Shown here: piece by piece, positions 1 to 7,140 of the stretch
Layout: every line of letters begins with the position of its first letter
How positions within the stretch are numbered: the first letter of the stretch is position 1
IMG/VR virus record: IMGVR_UViG_3300017991_000049
Location: 128,001-192,000 of that record
Length of the DNA stretch: 64,000 nucleotides
Source: a virus
Reading direction: 5' to 3' (one strand)
Made by a program: the position numbers and the translations under genes
The notes under the pieces: generated by a model
Database searches by the model: none
Seen by the model: only the letters and a program-made list of their open reading frames with translations
Told to the model about the DNA's origin: nothing

Positions 1-134
1 ACGACCCTTAATCTGCTTTACGACGTCGTCCGTAGGCACAACGACCGTCAGATGATCGCCGAGTGCTTTGGCTTCGCGAAGAAATTGGACGTGACCGGCG
101 TGGATAACGTCGTACGTCCCGCTGACAAGAACCT

Positions 135-890
135 TTACTTTCCGATCTGCCATCTGTAACTCCCGTGCTGATAGTCGAAGCTCGTGAAGCGATGCCGCTG
201 CGCCATTTCCGTGTAGACACGGACGAGCAACGTATGGATCGGCGCATCGCCCCAACGCTTCGTATAGATGCCACCGTGCTTCTCGATGGCTTCCAGCGCT
301 TCTTTGCACGGGGAGGTCAACCAGAGAGACGGCTTAGCGATATGGAAATTGTTGTAGTAGATCTTCCGGTCCCACTTGTAGGTACCGAAAGCAGGATCAT
401 GCGCACGCAGCATCGCCTTCAGGCCGCGGACCGCAGTCTTGGATTCTGGACGTGTCGCGCGCCACGCGTAGACCTTGTTGCCCTCTGCCATGACCTCGAA
501 CGGGTCGTCGTGCATCTTGGAGCGGATGTACGAGTCATCGTCGAGGCGCATGTAGTAGTCGAAGTCCTTCAACATCGGGTATAGGCCCAACGAGAAGAAC
601 CGGCACATGTTGCGGTAGCCGATGCTGTGCGACTGTGACAGCGTCCACTCGTTGAACTTGCTTACGTCGATGTGCGGCGGCGGCGAGATGTCGACCTGCT
701 TGAGCACTACACGCGCGCAGCGCTCTTGCATCTGCCGCAGATGCTCATCCGTGAAGTCGCCCTCGTGGCAGACGACGACTGGGTGTGGATGCGCATCCAG
801 CAGATTCTTCTGGAGCAGCTTCAGGCTTCTGAGCAGCTTGTCCAGTCTACGAGTCTGTGCCAAGTAGATGATCACTGTATTCATGGGCAT
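135..890 (-). CDS. Kre2/Mnt1-like (GT15-like) alpha-mannosyltransferase-type glycosyltransferase
   Basis: The translation has the motif '[18 protein letters not shown]', which resembles the 'SYRHMCRF' signature of GT15 mannosyltransferases. I chose the start at 890 (MPMNTVII) because a GAGGAG ribosome-binding site lies 5 nt upstream. Confidence 0.45.
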   Translation of the reverse strand: MPMNTVIIYLAQTRRLDKLLRSLKLLQKNLLDAHPHPVVVCHEGDFTDEHLRQMQERCARVVLKQVDISPPPHIDVSKFNEWTLSQSHSIGYRNMCRFFSLGLYPMLKDFDYYMRLDDDSYIRSKMHDDPFEVMAEGNKVYAWRATRPESKTAVRGLKAMLRAHDPAFGTYKWDRKIYYNNFHIAKPSLWLTSPCKEALEAIEKHGGIYTKRWGDAPIHTLLVRVYTEMAQRHRFTSFDYQHGSYRWQIGK

Positions 891-1000
891 ACCACTCCTC
901 ACCACATACGGTCGCCCCAACCGCTCGATCCCCTGGAACGCCGCCTGGTGCCGATCGTTGAGTCAAGTCTAGCCGCGTGTACTTCGCAAGCAGAGGAACT

Positions 1001-1016
1001 TTGATCACATGATCAA
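1001..1016 (-). promoter_or_regulatory. Conserved 16-bp inverted repeat TTGATCA-N2-TGATCAA (copy 1)
   Basis: The plus strand reads ttgatcacatgatcaa. It belongs to a motif family of at least 10 copies and sits in an intergenic spacer. Confidence 0.45.
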
Positions 1017-1018
1017 AG

Positions 1019-1228
1019 TTAGACTACCGTCACGTTCTCCGCCTTGGGCCGTCCGCCCTTGCCCTCTCCCTCGGTGAAGTCGACCTGCTGGCCCTCGATG
1101 AGCGCATCAAAGTCCGACTTCTGGGGGAGCCCTGAACAGTGAAAGAATATGTCGGATCCGCCGGCGTCCGGCTGGATGAATCCAAAACCACGCTCCATCA
1201 CCAACTTCTTGATGGTGCCTCTTGCCAT
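1019..1228 (-). CDS. Cold-shock protein (CspA family)
   Basis: The 69-aa product starts 'MARGTIKKLVMERGFGFIQPD', with the RNP1-like GFGFI motif. An AGGAGAAG ribosome-binding site lies upstream. Confidence 0.85.
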   Translation of the reverse strand: MARGTIKKLVMERGFGFIQPDAGGSDIFFHCSGLPQKSDFDALIEGQQVDFTEGEGKGGRPKAENVTVV

Positions 1229-1266
1229 CTTCTTCTCCTAACGCTATCTAACGTGTTGTGCTGCGC

Positions 1267-1569
1267 TTAGTTAAGAATCGCGTACAGATCGGATTCCTTA
1301 GCCAGCACGTAATCAACTCCGTCAAGTGTAACGGTTTCCGCGTACGCTGAGAAGAGCACGCGGCTACCTACTGTCACCTGCTTGCAGTCGATTCCGACCG
1401 CTACAGCGGTGCCCGTCTGCGGCTTCTCGGTCGAGCCCTCGGGCAGTGTAATGCCACCAGGCGACATCGTTTCCCGCGGATCGGGCGTGATCAGCACGCG
1501 CTCTCCAATCGGCTTGCAGTCCACAGGATTGCACTTACACTTGTCATCACAAGCACATCCACTAGCCAT
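1267..1569 (-). CDS. GroES-like co-chaperonin with Cys-rich N-terminal extension
   Basis: The C-terminal two thirds carry GroES hallmarks: 'ITLPEGSTEKPQTGTAVAVG' and 'VLFSAYAETVTLDGVDYVLAKESDLYAILN'. The likely start at 1569 gives 'MASGCACDDKCKCNPVDCKPIG'. Confidence 0.6.
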   Translation of the reverse strand: MASGCACDDKCKCNPVDCKPIGERVLITPDPRETMSPGGITLPEGSTEKPQTGTAVAVGIDCKQVTVGSRVLFSAYAETVTLDGVDYVLAKESDLYAILN

Positions 1570-1571
1570 CT

Positions 1572-2453
1572 CTACTCTCCTTTGTGGTGGAAGACCTCTT
1601 CCATAGGTGCCCAGACTTCGCCTGGGGGTAATTCGCTGACGGGCTGCTGCAACGGTGTGCATAGCTTCCACCAGCGCTGTGTTTCCTCGTCCGCAGCCAT
1701 CTTGGCCATGTCAGCCTCGTAGTCGTCGCCGACGTACTCGTAGTAGCTGAACAGGTAATCGTTCCCATCCGGCAGACGCGCCGCAAAGATCGAGTAGTTG
1801 CGGATGTTGCACTCCTCGATCTTACTCAGAACGGTTGCCCACACTTCGGCATGCAGCCGCCGATACTCGGCAAGCTTGCCCGGCGTGACCTGCACGACCA
1901 TGCCGTAGCGGTTTGCAAGGCCCTTAGGCCAGATCGACTGTGCTAGGCTGCACCGCAGCTCGTCGACATCGAATACGACGTTGACGCCGAACACACGCCC
2001 CTGCACCAGGAAACCCCTGCGTGTCACCCACTCAACCTCGACCACTGCACGGTTCTCTGGGATCTCTGGTACCTTTTCATCGCCGTATGCGCGTGCTATG
2101 CGCTTGAATACAGGCGACAGGATGCAGAAGCCCTTGTTAAGGTCCGACACGCTTATGGTGCGCCCTTCTGGCTCAGCTGCGAATACCAGCAGGTCGGGGT
2201 GAGCATCCAGTACGATGCAGCGCTTCTCCGTGTCAACCTGGCGGTCGAGTTCGATCACGATATCGGGGTCGTCGCCAAAGTCCCACGGCAAGAACATCCG
2301 TACGCGGCTTTCCTTGTCGGTGAACGCCATGGGTAGCCCGGTGACACCCTCCGCCTCGATTGCCGCGGCCACGTTGGGCCGGCGCGGGCGCAGCCAGTTC
2401 ATAAACTCCGGCGTGATCTTGTATACATCGGTCGGCATCTTTGTACCTCGCAA
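1572..2453 (-). CDS. Protein with C-terminal L-rhamnose mutarotase (RhaM)-like domain
   Basis: The C-terminus reads 'NIRNYSIF...YLFSYYEYVGDDYEADMAKMAADEETQRWW', which matches the RhaM/DUF718 pattern. The N-terminal ~150 aa are unknown. An alternative start lies at 2438. Confidence 0.45.
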   Translation of the reverse strand: MRGTKMPTDVYKITPEFMNWLRPRRPNVAAAIEAEGVTGLPMAFTDKESRVRMFLPWDFGDDPDIVIELDRQVDTEKRCIVLDAHPDLLVFAAEPEGRTISVSDLNKGFCILSPVFKRIARAYGDEKVPEIPENRAVVEVEWVTRRGFLVQGRVFGVNVVFDVDELRCSLAQSIWPKGLANRYGMVVQVTPGKLAEYRRLHAEVWATVLSKIEECNIRNYSIFAARLPDGNDYLFSYYEYVGDDYEADMAKMAADEETQRWWKLCTPLQQPVSELPPGEVWAPMEEVFHHKGE

Positions 2454-2474
2454 CTACAAACTAAAGTGCGACTT

Positions 2475-2900
2475 TCACTCGTCGCCCAGTAGCTCCTCCC
2501 ATTTGTCAATACGACGTACGTCACTGTCGTCGTGGTATGTGCTGGACTCGTAGGCCCACGTGTCGTGTTCGGCGCTCAGCCGATGCCAGTCGCCAGGATG
2601 CAGCATGATCGACCAGCCGGGCTGCAGCCTAGCGATCTGCAATGCCACCATCGAGTGGATGCCGGTGCGCATCAGCTGTTCTGGGTCGCCCTGCAAATAC
2701 TCTACGACCAAACAGCCCGATTCGCAAGTAATTACCTCGGCCTTGATCGGATGCTTGTGAATGCTCGACTTCTTGCCCGCCTTGACGAACAGCGTCTTCT
2801 GGCACAGGTTGTGATTGACGTCATTGAGATGCCACGACTCGTAGCCCCAATCCTTCGGCACAAACTTCGCGGTTTGCACGGGAATGACTTCAGCTGCCAT
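2475..2900 (-). CDS. Cupin-domain protein (sugar isomerase/epimerase-like)
   Basis: The product has 'PKDWGYESW' and a later 'HPGDWHRL' His-containing cupin motif. A strong GAGGAGGAGG ribosome-binding site lies upstream. Confidence 0.45.
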   Translation of the reverse strand: MAAEVIPVQTAKFVPKDWGYESWHLNDVNHNLCQKTLFVKAGKKSSIHKHPIKAEVITCESGCLVVEYLQGDPEQLMRTGIHSMVALQIARLQPGWSIMLHPGDWHRLSAEHDTWAYESSTYHDDSDVRRIDKWEELLGDE

Positions 2901-3216
2901 CTTCCTCTTCCTCCTCCTCGGGGTCGCCGTATATCTGTTTAACGTCGGTCTTGAACTCAGTCTTACAGTGTGCGCAGGTCACAATGCAAGGGGCCATGAC
3001 CGGAAAACCCTCGTCGGGCTCGATATCGAGCGCGTGGTACACGAGGTTTTCCTCAATGAGCGAGCGGTAAGGCGGCATGATCGCACAGACGAAGTTCTGC
3101 CGTCCACACTCGTCACAATCCCACGCAAACGCGGGGTGTAGTTCGACTTCGATCACACCAGTAGCCCTGCACAGGTCAATATGATTAAGAGCGCCGCGCC
3201 GATGCCTGCTATCCAC
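2890..3216 (-). CDS. Small Cys-rich, acidic-tailed protein
   Basis: The product has CxxC-type pairs ('WDCDECG', 'CAHCK') and a poly-Glu C-terminus. It overlaps the start of the cupin gene. Confidence 0.3.
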   Translation of the reverse strand: MDSRHRRGALNHIDLCRATGVIEVELHPAFAWDCDECGRQNFVCAIMPPYRSLIEENLVYHALDIEPDEGFPVMAPCIVTCAHCKTEFKTDVKQIYGDPEEEEEEDGS

Positions 3217-3256
3217 ATCGCAATGGCGAATTCGCTTGGAAACAGATCGTTCATGG

Positions 3257-3907
3257 TTACTTAGGCGGCTTGGCGGCGCGTTCGACAGCCAAGCAGACCT
3301 CTCCGTCTTTCTCGATGAGTGTGTTCATGTCGTCGAACGGGATATACGCTCGGCCGTTTTTGCCCCAGTTTTGGCCCCATGAGTTCTTGATCCGGAACAG
3401 CCCGCGCTCCTTGGATACGCCAGTGACGAGGTAGGCATGCCCGCCGTAGTTTGGCCCTGTGGCCGACAGGACAGCGTCGGCGCCTGGCCGATCCATGCCC
3501 TTGTACCAGTTGGTGCCCACAACGACCGGTCCGCGCTCCAGCACGGCGTCGAGCAGCGTGTCCACGTCCCAGGCCCACTCGTATCGGTCGATCAGGCCGA
3601 GCATCTTGAGCACCTTGGCGCCTGCACGCACCGACGTGCCGTCGTAGTTGGTGCCCTTCCACTCGTCGTACTTCTTGCAGATCGTGTATAGGCCGTCGGG
3701 GTTGAGCCAGTGGCGGATCGGCGCGCTGGCCAGCCAGTGCGACCATGCAAAGCCCACACAATGCGGGGTGGCCTTCTGGTCCTGCCAGCAGCGATGATCC
3801 TGCCAGAAGCGATAGACGCGTTCGCTCGCTGTGCGTGGGATGCGGAATCGTCTGTCGCGGGCGTCGGGCTTGTAGCGCCGACCGTAGTTACGCTTGGGCA
3901 TTGTCAT
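3257..3907 (-). CDS. Papain-like (C1 family) cysteine peptidase
   Basis: The active-site Cys sits in 'HCVGFAWSHW', the His in 'GGHAYLVTG' and the Asn/Trp in 'NSWGQNWGKNGRAYIPF'. An AAGGAG ribosome-binding site lies upstream. Confidence 0.65.
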   Translation of the reverse strand: MTMPKRNYGRRYKPDARDRRFRIPRTASERVYRFWQDHRCWQDQKATPHCVGFAWSHWLASAPIRHWLNPDGLYTICKKYDEWKGTNYDGTSVRAGAKVLKMLGLIDRYEWAWDVDTLLDAVLERGPVVVGTNWYKGMDRPGADAVLSATGPNYGGHAYLVTGVSKERGLFRIKNSWGQNWGKNGRAYIPFDDMNTLIEKDGEVCLAVERAAKPPK

Positions 3908-4523
3908 GCTCCTTGTCTGGGTTTTGCCAACTTAGATCGTACCCGAAACGGCGATCGGCGTGAAACCAGGGCCTTACTGTGTTCCACAGCTCTGGCGTAT
4001 ACACCTGCCGAAAAGGTGGGTGCGCTGTATTGTAGTTGTCTTCCTGTATCGGCACCTGTGCGGCACCCACGTGCGCCATTACCTCATCGAATCCGCGCTG
4101 CATGTCCTCGAACGGTACGACGAATGACACGATCGTACGTCCGTACCCGGCGCCTGCCGATGCGCTCGTCCAATGCGCGTTGGGCAACCTGCCATAAGCA
4201 TGCGGCTGCAAGCCACGCACCCATTGTTCGAAGGATTTTCTACGAACACGTGAAGCCTGCATACGCTTTAAGAACCAGTAGAGCGACACCAAACGCGCCA
4301 TAGGGTGGCGCACGGTCGTAAACCACGTATAGTCACGACACTGCGCATACTGCGGCATCTTCTTGAACTCTGCCGGCGATGTGTGTTGATCAGCCTGACG
4401 CGGCCACCGCGGCATAAACCAACGCTCGGCGCCCAACTCGTCCTGCAGCGTCCGCCCTATCGACGAACTGGCGCAGCGCGGATTACAGAAGAACAACAGC
4501 TTGTAGTCGTGCGCAACTATCAC
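3888..4523 (-). CDS. Sulfotransferase-family protein
   Basis: The 5'-PSB-like motif is 'LLFFCNPRCASSSI' and the 3'-PB-like motif is 'TVRHPMARLVSLYWF'. Confidence 0.5.
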   Translation of the reverse strand: MIVAHDYKLLFFCNPRCASSSIGRTLQDELGAERWFMPRWPRQADQHTSPAEFKKMPQYAQCRDYTWFTTVRHPMARLVSLYWFLKRMQASRVRRKSFEQWVRGLQPHAYGRLPNAHWTSASAGAGYGRTIVSFVVPFEDMQRGFDEVMAHVGAAQVPIQEDNYNTAHPPFRQVYTPELWNTVRPWFHADRRFGYDLSWQNPDKEHDNAQA

Positions 4524-4855
4524 TGGACTAACACCTTGGAGATGTCGAGCAGTGCGTGACAGACGCGCAGGGCGTACTGGTTGGTATTGATCAGATCAGG
4601 CTCGAGGGCGTGGTCCTCTTCCAGCTCATCGTCGTCCTTCATGGTCTTGACGATCTCGTCCAGGTGCGCAATGCAGTCCTTGGCCGCACAGCTGCGGATG
4701 AACTCGCCATAGCGGGCAGTCAGCTCAGGTACGGTGGCGCCAGCGTCGCGCTCGGTGCGCAGCTTCGTGAGAAACTCCTCCAGCTCCTCGGCTGCTTCGC
4801 GCAACTCAACGGCCAGCTGGGACAACTGGTGCATGTATCGGACGCTACGTGACAT
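4520..4855 (-). CDS. Hypothetical acidic coiled-coil protein
   Basis: The ORF has a GGAGGAA ribosome-binding site upstream of the MSRSVRYM start. It packs tightly against its neighbours. Confidence 0.35.
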   Translation of the reverse strand: MSRSVRYMHQLSQLAVELREAAEELEEFLTKLRTERDAGATVPELTARYGEFIRSCAAKDCIAHLDEIVKTMKDDDELEEDHALEPDLINTNQYALRVCHALLDISKVLVQ

Positions 4856-5555
4856 GAAGTTCCTCCACGAGGTCTGCAACCTCTTCGCCAACTGGATAAC
4901 CGAACTCCTCGAACCATGCAAGGTACTTTTCTTCGATATGCTGGATATCGAAGTACGGCAGCCGCTGGTGGTAGCCGCCGATACCGACGTGCTGCCGGTG
5001 GCGCTGTTTGCCGTACAGGAAGCCCTGTTCCGGCTCGTATTCAGTGTTCAGCTCAGGTAGAATCTCGAGCTTGATTGCTATGTCTTCCAGCTGCCGATAG
5101 TCGAAGCTGTGGTCTGGGAACAGGTGCCTGGCCAGCATATCCAGCGTACCCACCTTGTTGACCATCATGCTCTCGAATCGGAGCCCCTTGGTCGCGCACG
5201 CCGTCCATTCGAACGCAGGCTCGACAAGCAGCGCCTCCATACCGACGAATACGCCATCGCAGAGTCCACGGCGCTTGTACGACTCGACTTCCAAGAGCTG
5301 GGCAGCTACAGCGCTGCAGAACGCGTCTCGCAGGTCGCGGACGATGGTGATGACTTTGTCGGCCGGGCGCCAGTCCACTGAGATGTCGTGGGTCTTGATA
5401 ACCTCGATGAACCCGGCCGGCGGCGGCTCATACGACTGAATATCGGTGGCATAGACGATGCCTGGGAACAGCTTCTCCGCCAGCATGCGCACGGCGTTGA
5501 ACGTCCACGTGGAGCCCGAACGGGCCATTGCCCCGACAACGATCCTGGTCATCAT
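4845..5555 (-). CDS. Sulfotransferase-domain protein
   Basis: The N-terminal 'GAMARSGSTW' is a PAPS-binding 5'-PSB motif of the PKSGTTW type. 'IVRDLRDAFCS' is 3'-PB-like. The start is ATGATG, directly after conserved motif copy 2. Confidence 0.6.
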   Translation of the reverse strand: MMTRIVVGAMARSGSTWTFNAVRMLAEKLFPGIVYATDIQSYEPPPAGFIEVIKTHDISVDWRPADKVITIVRDLRDAFCSAVAAQLLEVESYKRRGLCDGVFVGMEALLVEPAFEWTACATKGLRFESMMVNKVGTLDMLARHLFPDHSFDYRQLEDIAIKLEILPELNTEYEPEQGFLYGKQRHRQHVGIGGYHQRLPYFDIQHIEEKYLAWFEEFGYPVGEEVADLVEELHVT

Positions 5556-5556
5556 T

Positions 5557-5572
5557 TTGTTCCTGTGATCAA
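5557..5572 (-). promoter_or_regulatory. Conserved 16-bp motif (copy 2)
   Basis: The plus strand reads ttgttcctgtgatcaa. It fills the 19-nt gap between a stop codon and the ATGATG start. Confidence 0.45.
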
Positions 5573-5574
5573 AA

Positions 5575-6228
5575 TCAGCGTTCCATCATCTTCACCCGGT
5601 GCTGCGGGCCAGCAAGCGCCATCAGGTCGTCCTCCTGCTCTGGCGTAAGCCATTGCGGGATACCGACTAACGACGCGGCCACCAAGCTCTGCGCAGCGTC
5701 CTCGACGATCTGGCAGCGGAAGAACGCCTGTCGCATAGTCGTACCCAAGGCACAGAAGCCATGGTTGACCATGAAGATCGACTCGGCTTCCTTGGCAGCC
5801 TCCGCCATCCGGTCGGCTAGTTCCTGTGTGGTAGGCGTGACATACGGCACCGTGGCACGCCGGCCCAGATCATTGACTACCTCAGCGAACATCGCCCGTT
5901 GCGCCATATCTAGGCCTGAGCTGATCACGCCACACAGCCAAGGCGAATGTACGTGGAACACGGCGTGGATGTCTGGACGCGCTCGATAGATGGCCAGATG
6001 CATCTGGGTCTCAGACGTCGGCTTGTAGGTGCGCGTACGCGGCTTGCCGCTGTCGATCGCCACGGGGCACAGCTGACGTATGTGCAACTCACCCAGGGAC
6101 AACCCGCTCGGCGACAGCCAGGCGGTGTCGCCGTCGCGCGCACTGATGTTGCCGCCAGAGCCAACAACCAAGTGTGCGTCGTAGAGCTTCTTGCCGTATC
6201 GGACTAGGGCGTGTGTGATAGCACTCAT
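5575..6228 (-). CDS. Class II aldolase/adducin-family protein
   Basis: The product has 'GSGGNISARDGD', 'HVHSPW' and 'NHGFCALG'. The start at 6228 gives a TAATG overlap with the upstream stop codon. Confidence 0.6.
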   Translation of the reverse strand: MSAITHALVRYGKKLYDAHLVVGSGGNISARDGDTAWLSPSGLSLGELHIRQLCPVAIDSGKPRTRTYKPTSETQMHLAIYRARPDIHAVFHVHSPWLCGVISSGLDMAQRAMFAEVVNDLGRRATVPYVTPTTQELADRMAEAAKEAESIFMVNHGFCALGTTMRQAFFRCQIVEDAAQSLVAASLVGIPQWLTPEQEDDLMALAGPQHRVKMMER

Positions 6229-6989
6229 TAGCAATAGTTCTCGTACTGCAGGCCACCAGGAATTTCCACGATGGCCGACTGTTCGATCACGTGGCACCAG
6301 GAGAAGAGTTCGATCATGTAGGCTTCCTTCTTCACGTGGCAGTGCAGGCCGTCCACAGCGAGTTCCAGCGACACAGGAACGTCCTTGTGCATCATGCGGA
6401 TCTCGTGGACCGGTCCCATCGTAGAGCAGGCCAGCGCAATCATTACGCGCCGCTCGTGTGTGTTATCGAAGGACGCCTCGTCCCAGTCCCACGTCCATTT
6501 GGGCGACACGATGCGCCGCGGCATGTGCGGTAGGCCGCCAGCAGGGAACGGTCGCGGCTCGCACCAGCGAGGTAGCGCATCCACCATGGCGTAGCGCATG
6601 CCAACGGACAGCAGGGAGCTGAAATGCTCGTCATTCGCTGCCTGGTCTACCAACCAGCCCAGCGGATGCTTAGGCTCAGGCAGCCCGTCGAGCTTCTCTC
6701 CGCGGGACATGTGCATGCTAAGCGGTATCGTAGAGAACGGTACTGCCACAGCGCGCGTCCCCGTGGCTATGCCGTGCTTCTTCAGCACCTTGGCGTACTC
6801 GAGGATCTGCGTGGCGACCATGTCCGGTACGTCCGCAGTCTTGTCCGACTTGAGCTGGGACGCCATGCGCTCCTGTTCGGTCTTCATCAGTGCCTGCTCG
6901 GTTTCCATGTCACAGCCGTTGGCTGCCATCAGCGTGGACTGAGAGATCAGGCCGGCGCCTGCCAGCCCTAGAAAGCTTCTGCGTTTCAT
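6228..6989 (-). CDS. Tat-signal secreted protein of unknown function
   Basis: The N-terminus reads 'MKRRSFLGLAGAGLISQSTLMAANG', which contains the twin-arginine RRxFLG motif. Confidence 0.5.
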   Translation of the reverse strand: MKRRSFLGLAGAGLISQSTLMAANGCDMETEQALMKTEQERMASQLKSDKTADVPDMVATQILEYAKVLKKHGIATGTRAVAVPFSTIPLSMHMSRGEKLDGLPEPKHPLGWLVDQAANDEHFSSLLSVGMRYAMVDALPRWCEPRPFPAGGLPHMPRRIVSPKWTWDWDEASFDNTHERRVMIALACSTMGPVHEIRMMHKDVPVSLELAVDGLHCHVKKEAYMIELFSWCHVIEQSAIVEIPGGLQYENYC

Positions 6990-7024
6990 CGGTCCGCTCC
7001 AAATGGGTAGGTTTCACTCTAAGC

Positions 7025-7053
7025 ATTGTTGCCCGGGCCGGGTTGTATGTCAA
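7025..7053 (-). promoter_or_regulatory. Candidate sigma70-type promoter
   Basis: The sense strand reads TTGACA, then a 17-nt spacer, then AACAAT. It lies about 40 nt upstream of the Tat-protein gene, inside the only longer spacer of the 0-7 kb cluster. Confidence 0.3.
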
Positions 7054-7140
7054 GAAACCGGGCGACCGCCAGAGAGTAAAGGAAGGGAAACCTCTCCGGG
7101 GCCGCCCGGCGGACCGATGGCTCGTGTGAGCACCCGACTG

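Noticed and set aside
3261-3761. 166-aa Arg-rich ORF co-located with the C1 peptidase gene
   Set aside because: This is a frame-shifted shadow of the peptidase gene with no motif support.
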